The notes below the pieces were generated by a model. The model did no database searches, was not told where the DNA came from, and saw only the letters and a list, made by a program, of their open reading frames with translations. This document shows, one piece after another, positions 51,591-63,176 of a stretch of DNA of 64,000 bases. Location of the stretch: positions 32,054,001-32,118,000 of the forward strand of contig OZ336870.1 in the NCBI GenBank assembly GCA_965287045.1, given 5' to 3'. The DNA is from Carcharhinus amblyrhynchos (taxonomy: Eukaryota). How positions within the stretch are numbered: the stretch's first letter is position 1; the number at the start of each line of letters is the position of its first letter. The translations under genes were made by a program, and so were the position numbers.

Positions 51591-51879
51591 CAATGTTGTG
51601 GCCAGGGCATGAATCAGTGGGTTCTGAAGACAGCATTGGATGGTGAATGGACAAAGAATGATCCCTAGACTAACAGTTAAGTCTCTCTCTTTGATACTGC
51701 AGTGAGGAGACCATCAGGAACATGGAGCCAGCTGATCTCACTGTTATTCTTCTCGCTCGTACGAGCAAAGAAGAAGACATCAATGGAGGAGGCATTTTGC
51801 TTGCCAAAGGCAGGAGCAGGACCATGAAGAGGAAGGCGTAGCAGGGCCTGCTCCATACACAGATGATGTATCCCAGAGA

Positions 51880-52683
51880 GCTGATGCTTGGAGGCAACTC
51901 GCTGGACCCAGGGTCTACAGATGCTGCCTAACATTCTTGCGAACCAGTGTCACTGAAGACTGTGCATGCCCAGGGAACTGGACAGTCACATCTGCCACTT
52001 TCTGAAGGATTTGGTGTCATGGGGATGTGGAGGACATCCATTGTCAGTGTCGCAGAAACTTACTGTGATGCTCAATTTTTACGCCAGTGGCTCCTTCCAG
52101 GCCTCCACAGGTGAAATCTATGGGATTTTGCATGCTTCCACACACAAGTGAATCCAGGATGTTGTGGCTGTAATCTTTGCAAATGCACATAACTTTGTCC
52201 ATTCTGACTGGGGTTAGTCTAACTAGGATGCAAGGACAATGGGCTATATGCTAATTTCTGTATTTCCAGAGACACAGGGTGCCATTGACTGCACTTATGT
52301 AGTGGCACGGTGGCACAGTGGTTAGCACTGCTGTGTCACAGCACCATGGGCCTGCGTTTGATTCCTGGCTTGAGTCACTGTCTGTGTGGAGTCTGCACAT
52401 TCTCCCTGTGTCTGCATAGGTTTCCTCCAGATGCTCCGGTTTCCTCCCACAGTCTGAAAGACGTGCTGGTTAGGTGCATTGGCTATGCTAAATTCTCCCT
52501 CATGTCCCAGAACAATCGCTGGAGTATGGTGACTTGGGGATTTTCACACTAACTTCATTGCAGTGTTAATGTAAGCCTACTTATGACACTAATACATAAA
52601 CTTAAAAACTTTCAAACTCTAAAAACTTTAAACATGTGACTCTCAGATCTCTGGAGAATTGAGCAGTGAACTATGTGAATCAC
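51880..52683 (+). pseudogene. Decayed PIF/Harbinger DDE transposase (HARBI1-like), split by a SINE
   Basis: RLCMPRELDSHICHFLKDL...GHPLSVSQKLTVMLNFYASGSFQASTGEIYGI...HK*IQDV...FPETQGAIDCTYV [SINE] HVTLRS; GAIDCTHV is the first catalytic Asp motif; in-frame stops. Confidence 0.85.
52302..52632 (+). mobile_element. HE1-type V-SINE, tail type 2, inserted into the transposase
   Basis: full copy with AAACTT-like tail repeats; flanked by tatgt / catgt. Confidence 0.9.
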
Positions 52684-52989
52684 ATGGATGACGCTGAGCT
52701 GTCTTGGCATGTGTCCTCTTGAGGTCTGCGGTGTCGAGGGCCTTGCACAGCCTGCTTTTGGGGTCCTACTGTGTGACAGTACCACCCTCCTCAGCCTGTG
52801 GAGTTAGAGCTGGAGCTAGAAGGGTCACTGGAAGAGGGGATGTGGATGGAGGGGCAGTGCTGGAATCACCTGGGTGGATGGCTGAGGGTCCCTGGCTTTC
52901 TCCTTGGGATAAAGGGGCGGCTGGAGTGAGCTCAAGAAGCCTCACTGTCCTCTGACGTTGGCACTTTTGGACCCCAGCAAGTGCCTGCA

Positions 52990-53228
52990 GCATGGAATGC
53001 ATGTCTTGCACCATGGAGTGGATATCTGCAGCATGGAGTGGATATCTGCACCATGGAGTGGATATCTGCACCATGGAGTGGATATCTGCACCATGGAGTG
53101 GATATCTGCACCATGGAGTGAATATCTGCAGCTTGGAAAGCGTGTCTTGCAGCATGGAGTGGATATCTGCAGCATGGAGTGGATATCTGCAGCATGGAGT
53201 GGATATCGGCACCACGGAGTGGATATCC
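52990..53228. repeat. 20-bp minisatellite (SCATGGAGTGGATATCTGCA), about 12 units
   Basis: directly visible; two 21-bp variant units interleaved. Confidence 0.95.
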
Positions 53229-54446
53229 TGTTGCAGAGCAGGACAAAAACCTTGCACCAAGGTCTCCATGGCTGCTGCCACCCTAGCTTGCTGACCTGGT
53301 TGTATTGCAGTGTCAACACAATCACCTCAGACATAAGGCAGACAGACTCCTCCATGAATCCGAGAAGTGTACCAAACATCACTTCCCGATCTTCCTACAC
53401 TTTCTTTTGGCGTTTCAGAAACGGAGGCTGAGACTTCTCGCTGATTCTTGCCCTGTATGCCAATTCTAGTATGAACCTAGCAGAGAAACAGCCAGAAGCC
53501 AAAAAGATATCTAAGCAGGTCACATAAAAATGGTATGATAAAAATAATATGAGATATTTTACACAGTCTTCCTTAAATGACAGCTTCAGAATTTGCTCAC
53601 TGAATGCCATGTTTTAAACAAAATCATCAGAAATTACATCAAAACATGTTTTAATTGATCCTGAAGTGAATCATGATGTTCATTTTTTGACTTCTTCCTA
53701 TAAAAGAGAATAATTGTACAATGTTTATTTGTAGCTCAACTTCTTCCTGTGATTTTTCCAGACATTTTAGTGGGCTGACAATTGGTGGCGTTCTTTCTTT
53801 AATTAAGATTCCGAAAAAGAAATTATTCCTGCTCCAATCGGCAACCTACTGTTTTAAGGACAACAACCTATTTAGAAATGAGTCAATTTCAATTCCCCGA
53901 AGCCTGATGTTTTTCTCTCATGATGCAGTATTAATTATATCATTTCTACATGTTTTGGAATATGAAAGAAACATGACTTTCAGAAAGAACATTTTTACGC
54001 CACAAGTTTCCAGTGCCTTATGTTAACATGAACCTGAAAAAACAGATGTTGCAATTTCCCTGTTTCCACGCCAGAGTAATACAAAGTGAATTAGAGAGTT
54101 AAATATAAGGACAGTTTGTTTAAGCTTGGTTTGTATTCCCACAAGTATAAAAGACTGAGCAATGATACAATGAGGCGTCTAAGATAATTAAATGATCTGA
54201 TAGGATAGTGGCAATAAAAATATTTATTTTGGTGGAAGACTCCAGAGTAAAGGGGGCATAGTCTTAAAAGGACAACTGGACTAGTCAGGACTGATGTCAG
54301 AAAACATTCCTTCATTCAAAGGGTAGTACAAATCTAAAACTCTCTCCCCTAAACACTGTTCAGGGTGATCCGGAGGAAGGAATGCATTGTGACTCTTAAA
54401 GGTCTGGATTTCTGCTCCTATCCATGCCAATCTACACCATCCCATG

Positions 54447-55886
54447 ACATAAGAACATAAGAAATAGGAGCAGGAGTAGGCCATCTAGCCCTTCGAGCCT
54501 GCCCCGCCATTCAATAAGATCATGGCTGATCTGAAGTGGATTAGTTCCACTTTCCCGCTTTCTCCCCATAACCCTTATTCCCCTTGCCTACCAAAAACCT
54601 ATCTACCCGCGTCTTAAATATATTTAGCGAGGTAGCCTCCACTTCAATGGGCAGAGAATTCCAGAGATTCACCACCCTTTGAGTGAAGAAGTTCCTCCTC
54701 AACTCTGTTCTAAACTGCACCCCCCTTATCTTGAGGCTGTGCCCTCTAGTCCTGCTGTCCTTTCTGAGCGGGAAGAACCTCTCCACCTCTACCCTATCCA
54801 TCCCTTTCATCATCTTATACGTCTCAATAAGATCCCCCCTCATCCTTCTAAACTCTAACGAGTACAAGCCCAGTCTATTCAGCCTCTCCTCATAGCTCAA
54901 CCCCCTCAACTCCGGTATCAGCCTAGTGAACCTCCTCTGCACCCCCTCCAAGGCCAAAATATCCTTGCGCAAGTGCAGCGACCAAAACTGCACACAGTAC
55001 TCCAGCTGTGGCCTTACCAGTACTCTGTACAGTTGCAGCAAGACCTCCCTACTTTTATATTCAATCCCCCTCGCTATGAAGGCCAGCATCCCATTTGCCT
55101 TCCTGACCACCTGCTGCACCTGTAGGCTGGGTTTTTGCGACTCATGCACAAGGACCCCCAGGTCCCTCTGCACCGTAGCATGCTGCAGCTTTTCGCCCTG
55201 TAAGTAGTAGTCTTTCCTACTATTATTCCTACCAAAGTGGATAACCTCACACTTGCCAACATTGTATTCCATCTGCCAGGTCCTCGCCCACTCGCTCAGC
55301 CTATCTAGATCCCTCTGCAGACTTTCCACACCCTCCGCACAATTCGCTGTTCCACTAATCTTTGTGCCATCAGCAAATTTCGACACCTTACACTTGGCTC
55401 CCTCCTCCAGATCATCTATATAAATGGTAAATAGCTGAGGCCCCAGCACTGATCCCTGGGGCACTCCACTAGTCACCAACCGCCAATCCGAATAGTACCC
55501 ATTGACACCCAGTCTCTGCCTCCTATTTGACAGCCAATCCCCTATCCACGCTAACACCCTACCCCCAACTCCATGCCCCCTAACCTTCTGTAACAACCTT
55601 TTGTGCGGCACCTTATCAAACGCCTTCTGAAAATCGAGAAACACCACATCCACCGGCTTCCCTCTATCCACCGCACTAGACACACCCTCATAGAATTCCA
55701 ATAAATTTGTCAGACATGACTTCCCCTTAACGAATCCGTGCTGCGTCTGCTCTATTAAACAATTCTTCTCAAGATGCCTCGCTATTTCTTCTTTGATTAC
55801 GGATTCCAGCATTTTTCCTACAATAGACGTTAAACTAACGGGCCTATAATTCCCTGCCTTTTGCCTGCTATTCCCTGCCTTTTGCC
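54447..55886 (-). mobile_element. Young 5'-truncated CR1 LINE, open RT and C-terminus
   Basis: ~445-aa open frame GNYRPVSLTS...DFQKAFDKV...GVPQGS...FADG (catalytic FADD mutated)...GKWN*; TTCTTATG tail. Confidence 0.97.
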
Positions 55887-57830
55887 GGCCACCCCCTCCC
55901 CTCACCCACTCCCCATGACCTTCATACCATCATGCCAATTATGCCTCCTTCTAACCCCTCATAGCGTATTTTGGCCCTATGCCAAATTAGTGCTGAATCA
56001 TGCTCTCAACCCACCACACATCACCCATACACCTACCATGCCAACTCACCAATATTCACCAGGGGAAGACATCAGGAGCCATACTATTATTATATAAAAA
56101 CATAGCCTTATTAATTTTTTAAAAAATCACTACATTTAGCTTGCTTTAATGTTTGCCTCCAGAGTCCCAAACAGTTTATAAGCACTTGGAACTATCAATC
56201 AAACTGTGAGTGGTCAGGTACCCTACTGTGATAATGAAAGGTTGTAAAATCAGTTTTTCAACTCTAATCCTCTAATGATAACCCTCAGGTTTATGTCAAC
56301 TGATCGAGCGAACTAGAGAGCATTGATTTTGTTTAAAATGCTGTAGACAGTTTCATCAAATATTTAAAAGCGAGATTTAAATCCCTTGATGGCTTGACGT
56401 TTCTCCTGACAGTTCAAATGATCTTGCAATTCCTCTGAGTTTATATACCTTTGGTGTACTTGCGACACTATCTCTCCAAAGCATTCAGGCAGCTTTTCAC
56501 TTTTTCTTACCAAGTCTAACAAGCGTCAGTTGTGCTTTGGGCATCCAAACCAAATCTTAATGATGCAGCTGCACTTCAATGTGTGCAGTTACCTCAATGA
56601 ACAAATGCGCAACTTAGAACCTATCCTATTCCTTTCCCCTGTGAAAACAATGCTAGGATGGCAGTTGCAAGTTTAGGGTTGAGGTTTCCAGATTTGTGCC
56701 TCTACTGCCATTTTTGCAAAGGCAGAGATGCCATTTGTGCAAAAATTCAGCCCAAAGTGTTTGTGCTATTTGTACAGATGAGACATTGAGAAACACTGGG
56801 TGGCTTTTATGGAAATTCTTCCCTGGGTTAACAGACATTTCCATTGTCGGACTCTTGCCCATGCCGATTCCGTGGCAAATGAGGTGGTAGAGTTCAGGCT
56901 TTGCAATGGTCTTTGCAATGGTCACATCTCAACCTGGTCTGTATACTATATATATATATATATAGTCTTTACTGAAGAAAAGGATCCTAAGGTGGCTCAT
57001 GGAGGAATGATTGGACAAAGCACATGCCAGGTCAAAGAAGGAGATCAGAGAGGTAACCAAAGGCTTGGTATTGTTGCTTGTAGGGTTGAGGGAGAGGAAC
57101 AAATAGAGAAAAATCCAATTTGACCGGGGTCATGAAATTGCAGGTGATGCCATTGTGGCGAGATACCAAGGGAACGCCCTACTCTGTTTGAGAGATGGAA
57201 GGAAGCAGACAGGCTTTGGTTTACATTGTGATGAAAGGTGGCATCTCCAAAAAGGTGGCACTCCTTCAGCAGTGCCAGCCTAAATTATTAACTTCCAGCT
57301 CGGGTATGAGGCTACCATTTTTTGGGTAAAACTGACACAATGCAAGAAGCCTGCAACATTATGAAAAGGAAAAACATTTGTCTGATATAAAGAACAGGCA
57401 CAATACTGGGTTGAACTCTAGTAACATTCACATTACAGTATGAAACAGTGTGACTTACCTTCAACCAATGGAAGATGAATAAGCAGACAGACCAGCATCA
57501 GGAGGTTTCCTGAGCCAATGAGCTGTTGGCAATTCTAGATTGAATCATGGTCAGTATAAAGTTGCAATGTCGTGTTATTTTAAAAATGAACATACTTTCC
57601 ATTTCAATAATAGGAAATTGCTAAAACAAGCAACTAAATTCGCAGAATGTGGTGTACTTGGCAGTGCCAGGTATCACAGCACAATTCTCACTCCCATTTT
57701 AAAGAAACATCGTCTTTACAAAAATTATGCTTTTGGTGAGCTCTCTCCTTTTCCTGTGGAGGAATAGATCTTCGGCATGATGATGCCATACACAGCAGCG
57801 AGCTGGAACTGATTACCGGGAGTATTTTTT

Positions 57831-58190
57831 GGGATGGCGATGACCTCGTGGTATTATCGCTAGACTATTAATCCAGAATTCAACTAATGTTCTGGGGAAT
57901 GAGGTTCGAATCCCGCCACGGCAGATGGTGGAATTTGAATTCAATAACAAATATCTGGAATTAAGAATCTTCTGGTGGCCATGAAACAATTGTCGATTGT
58001 CGGAAAAACCCGTTTGGTTCCCAAATGTCCTTTAGGGAAGGAAATCTGCCATCCTGACTTGGTCTGGTCTATATGTTACTTCAGAGCTATAGCAACGTGG
58101 TTGACTCTCAACTGCCCCCCAAGGGCAACGAGGGATGGGCAATAAATTCTGGCCAGCCAGCGATGCCCATGTCCCATGAATTAATAAAAG
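57831..58190 (+). mobile_element. tRNA-derived SINE, third family
   Basis: B-box ggttcgaatccc at ~57903; body tttagggaaggaaatctgcc; tail gggatgggcaataaa...cccatgaattaataaaa. Confidence 0.85.
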
Positions 58191-58334
58191 AAGTTCCTCA
58201 AGCACTGGGAGTGCACATTGCATGAGATTCTCCCCATCCACTGAATGGAGCAGACTGAACACTACGAAGTACACACCCTGTTGATAGTATGTTGATAGCC
58301 CAACTAAGGAAGGGGCTAAACTGAAGCTGGTATT

Positions 58335-59400
58335 GGGGGCTGAGCCTGGCCAAGTGGTCAACATTCAGTGGGGGAGCAGTTTGGGAAGAGTGACCACAAT
58401 TCTGTAAGCTTTAAAGTGGGTACTTGGTTTGTTCTTACTGGACTGACGGAGGTTGAGGGGAAACCTGATAGAAGGCTACAAGATTATGAGAGGCATGAAC
58501 AGAATGGATAGTCAGAAGCTTTCTCCCAGGGTGGAAGAGTCAATTACTAGGGGCATTGGTTTAAGGTGTAAGGGGTAATGTTTAAAGGCAGATTTTTTAC
58601 ACAGAGAGTGCCTGGAACTCGTTATCGGGAGAGGTAGTGGAAGTGGATACGGTAGTGACTTTTAAGGGGCATCTTGACAAGTACATGAATGAGATGGGAA
58701 TAGAGGGATATGGTCCCTGGAAGGGTAGGTGGTTTTAGTGGTCGGTGCAGGCTTGGAGGGCCGAAGGGCTTGTTCCTGTGCTATAATTTTCTTTGTTCTT
58801 TATACTGATGGATAAAGATAAGTGCGCTCATCAAGTTAAGGTGCTAAATTGGGGGAAGGCTAATTACAACAATATTAGGCAGGAACCGAAGAATGTAGAT
58901 TGGTGGCAGTTGTTTGGGGGCAAATCAACATCTGGCATGCAGAAGGCTTTCAAATGTGAATTGATAGGAATTGAGAACAGCATTTTCCTGTAAGGGTGAA
59001 GGATAAATATGGCAAGTGTCAGGAACCTTGGATAACAAGACATATCGTGATCCTAGTCAATAAAAAAGAAGCATTTGTCAAGGCTAGGAGGCTGGGAACA
59101 CATGAAGCAAGCCTGGAATGCGAGGAAGTGGAAAGAAACTTAAGGAAGGAGTCAGGGGTGCTAAAAGCGGTCATGAAAAGTCATTGGCCTTCAGGATTAA
59201 GTGAGTGGGCAACAGTCTGGCAGATAGAGCACAAATGTTGGTAAATGTGAAGTCATCCATTTTGGTAGGAATAAAATTAATTGAATTATTGAGGAATTGA
59301 ATTATTATTATTGAAATGGTAAAAAATTGCAGCATGCTGCTGTGCAGAGGAACCTGGTGTCCTTGGGCAGGAATCACAACAAGTTAGTTTTGCAGGTTCA
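58335..59400 (+). mobile_element. Nested decayed CR1 fragments (endonuclease-to-RT linker, interrupted by a CR1 3' end at 58440-58800)
   Basis: SDHN motif (agtgaccacaat), VLNWGKANY, PWIT. Confidence 0.75.
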
Positions 59401-60094
59401 TACCAATGTCCTGGAGTCTTCTCCCCGGTACCCTCCAACTCAGCCTCCTCCTGTTTCCCTTCAATGTTATCCTGGTAACCCCTGAATGATGCTTGGTTGT
59501 CCTGAGTTAGACTGGTCACCCCCAAGTCAAAGGCTAGCCATCCCCAGTCAGAACCAATACCCCTGGGTGAGCCCCCTTAATACATGGAGCCATTCTGCAA
59601 TTGATGCACTCACCTCTGGCCTCCCTCGGAGGGGTGGTTGCCAAGTCCATATCTTTTGAAGTGAGTCATACTTTGGGTCATTCTGACATCACTCCACTGC
59701 GAGTAGATGTTTTGACGGGGGCTTGTGAGAGCGGTGCAACTCTGGAGTATGGGCCCAGTAATGACATGGAAATGAATTTTAAGGATGCTCCTGATATTTA
59801 ACGGTGGGGAATGTGGCCCACCGCTGATGAGAGGTTGGGACGATTGTGGCAAACTTTCATGCCAATGTAAAATGTGACTGTAGTTTTGTGACGCTATTTT
59901 CCGCTCCAGTTGCCAAAACTGCCCGGAGCAAGTAGGAGTGGAAAATCCCAGCCAGAGTCTAGGTGGATAGATTGTTGATAACCAAGGGGGTGAAAGTTTA
60001 TCGGAGGTAGGCTAGAGGTGCAATCAGATCAGCAGTGATCCTATTCAATGCTGGAGAAAGTTCAAGAGGCCGAGTGCCCCATTCCTCCTCTTAA

Positions 60095-60405
60095 GGGGTG
60101 GCACAGTGGCACAATGTTTAGCACTGCTACCTCTCGGCACCAGGGACCTGGGTTTGATTCCCGGCTTGGGTCAGTGTCTGCGCGAAGTCTGCACATTCTC
60201 CCTGTGTCTGTGTGAGTTTCCTCCGGACGCTCTGGTTTCCTCCCACAGTCCAAAAGGAGTGCTGCTTAGGAGCATTGGCCATGCTAAATTCTCCCTCAGT
60301 GTACCTGAACAGGTGCTAGAGTGTGGCGACTAGGGGATTTTCACAGTAGCGTCAATGCAGTGTTAATGTAAGCCTACTTGTGACACTGATAAATAAACTT
60401 AAACT
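60095..60405 (+). mobile_element. HE1-type V-SINE, tail type 2
   Basis: tail gtgttaatgtaagcctacttgtgacactgataaataaacttaaact. Confidence 0.9.
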
Positions 60406-60489
60406 CTCATATGTTTGTATGTTCATATAGATAGAAATTAAGAATAGCAGGAGTCAGAAAACACCACTAGTATTAGCTTAAAGGCCCTG

Positions 60490-61495
60490 AACAGTTATTG
60501 TACCGTTGGACAGAACATTGAACAAGAAATTATTGGGGCATGTTACTAAGGTAATTTTAATGTTATAAAGATGGACTAGCCAAATGTTTATGTTGGCCTA
60601 GAAGGTGAGCTTACAGAATTTTTTTCCTGATAACTTCCTGGAGGTATACATTGTGGAACTAATTATGGGTGAAGCTATTTTCGATCTAGTTTTGTGCACT
60701 GAGGAAGAGTTTAGAATTCATAGAAGTTAATTAGAGTTAATGAGGTATCTCATAGTAAGAGATTCACTGGGACATTCAGATCATAATACCATTGAATTCC
60801 ATGTTAACATACCCTAATCAAAAAATAAGAACCATTGGACGTGATCTTACCTATCATTCACGCCATGTCCCTGCTGCAGCAAGGTCGGAGAATTTGATGG
60901 CCAGCCAAATCTCCGTTCGCTGCAGACAGATGGGAAAATCCCACCAGTGAGAACCGTGATTAGATTCTGGCCCTAAACTTAAACAAAGCCAATTACATTG
61001 GCCTGAGGGAGAACTGGCTAAGGTAGGTAGGGTATTAAAAGGTATGGCAGTAAGTAATCCTACAATTCCCCGGGAATTAGAAGCTTCCATCTTAGGGTTC
61101 ACAGAGATGGCAGGTGTATTAGCAATGATCGTACAAAGTTCTTTAGATTTGGAACAGTTCCATCAGGTACGAAGTTAGGAAGTTTAGCACCACTTTTCAA
61201 GAAAGGAGAGCAAGAGAAAACAGGGTAGTACAGCCAGTTAGCCCAACTTTAGGCATTGGGAAAATGCTGGAATCTTTGTCAGGAAATCTTAACAATGAAC
61301 TTAGAAAATCATAATATGATCAGACGGAGTCAAGATGGTTTTACGAAAGGGAAATCCTGGTTGACAAATTTGTTAGTTTACTGAGGATATAACTAGTACG
61401 GCAGATAAAGGGAAACTTGTATGCTTGGAGTAGTATATCTTTATTTCCAAAAGGCATTTAATAAGGCGCCACACAAGAGGTTAATTGGCAGTGTC
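60490..61495 (+). mobile_element. Old CR1 ORF2 fragment interrupted by a Harbinger MITE (60837-60972)
   Basis: SDHN (tcagatcataat), PLFKKG and ttccaaaaggcatttaataagg (FQKAF) remnants. Confidence 0.75.
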
Positions 61496-61627
61496 ATAGA
61501 ATTATAGAATCCCTACAATGCAGAGGGGAGGCCATTCATCCCATTGAGGCTGTACTGACAAAAATCCCATCCTGGCCCTATCTCTGAAACCCCATGTACT
61601 TACCCTGCTAATCCCCTGGCACAAAAA

Positions 61628-62988
61628 AAACAAAGAAAAGCACAGCATAGGAAAAGGCCCTTTGACTGTCCAAACCTGTGCTGATCATGATGCCCTAACT
61701 AAACTAAAAAAGAACATTCTGCCCTTACTCTGTCTGTATCCCTCTATTCCTACCCCATTCACGTACCCATCCAGATGCCTCTTAAATGTTAATAATGTGC
61801 CTTCTTCCACCACCTCCTCTGGTAGCACATTCCAGGCACCACCACTCTATGCGTGAAAAACCTCCCCCATGCATCTCCCTTAAACTTTTCCCCTCTCACC
61901 CTGAACCTGTGCCCCCTTGTAATTTTCACTTCACCCTTGGAAAAAGCCTCTGACTATCCATCCTATCTATGCCTCTCAATTTTGTAGACCTCTATCAGGT
62001 CTCCCCTCAGCCTCCATCTTTCCAGTGAAAACAATCCTAGTTTATTCAACCTCTTCTCGTAGCCAACACCCTTGAGACCAGGCAACATCCTGGTGAACCT
62101 TCTTTGCACTCTCTCCAAAGCTTTCACACCCTTCTGATAATGTGGATCCCAGAACTGCATTATTCCAAATGCGGCCTAACCAAGGTTTCATATAGCTGCA
62201 ACATGATTTCCTAACTCTTGCATTCAATGCCCCAGCTGATGAAGGCAAGCATGCCATATGCTTTCTTCATCACTTTGGCCACCTGTGTTGCCACTTTTAG
62301 AGAACTGTGGACCTGCATGCCCAGATCTCTCTATACATTGATGTTCCTAAGGGTTCTGCCATTTACAGTGTAACTCACACCTAACTTTGATCCTCCAAAA
62401 TGCATCACCTCGCATTTGTCTGGATTAAACTACCATTTCTGTGCCCAAGTCTCCAATCTATCTATATCCTGTTTTATTCTCTGACAATTCTCGGCACTAT
62501 CAGCAACTCCACAAATGTTTGTGTCATCTGCAAGTTCACAAATCAGAACCCGTACAAATTCCTCCAGATCATTTATATAAACTACAAACAATAGAGGTTC
62601 CAGCTCTGATCCTTTCTAACACCACTAGCTACAGAGCTCCATTTCGAAAAACACCCTTCCACCACTACTCTCTGTCTTTTATAATCAAGTCAGAAGTCTT
62701 ACAACACCAGGTGTTACTGTATTTACCCCAGTCCAACACCAGCATCTCCACTTCTATAAACAAATCAGTTCTGAATCTACCTAGCCAGCCCACCACAAAT
62801 CCAATGTGATTTTAATTTTTGTACCAGTCTGCCATGTGGGACCTTGTCAAATGCTTTACTAAAATCCAGATAAACTGCATCCACTAACCCTTCCCTCATC
62901 AATTATTTTTGTCACCTCTTCAAAAAACTCAATCAAGTTGGTGAGACATGATTTTCCCCATATAAAACAATGCTGCCTGTCACTAACT
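61628..62988 (-). mobile_element. CR1 LINE RT/3' fragment (decayed) with a small Penelope-like insert near 62685-62752
   Basis: ALERVQRRFTRMLPGL...LRGDLIEVYKI. Confidence 0.9.
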
Positions 62989-62992
62989 AGCT

Positions 62993-63176
62993 ACAAGGGC
63001 AATTTAGCATAGCCAACCAACCTAACCCAAACATCTTTGAAGTTTGAAGGAGGAAACCTATGCAGCTGCAGGAAGAGTGTGCAAACTCCACACAGACAGT
63101 CATCCAAAGTCAGAATTGAACCCAGGCCCCCGGCACTGTGAGGCAGCAGTGCTAACCACTTTGCTACTGTGCCACG
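62993..63176 (-). mobile_element. HE1-type V-SINE 5' portion
   Basis: head gtggcacagtagcaaagtggttagcactgctg. Confidence 0.85.

Noticed and set aside
52990-53228. CRISPR array or vector polylinker contamination (TGGATATCTGCAG resembles a pCR/pcDNA linker)
   Set aside because: The units are contiguous with no spacers, no cas genes are present, the context is eukaryotic, and the match does not extend into vector sequence.
57773-57815. Box C/D snoRNA (ATGATGA...CTGA)
   Set aside because: Only ~35 nt between the boxes, no terminal stem and no host intron.
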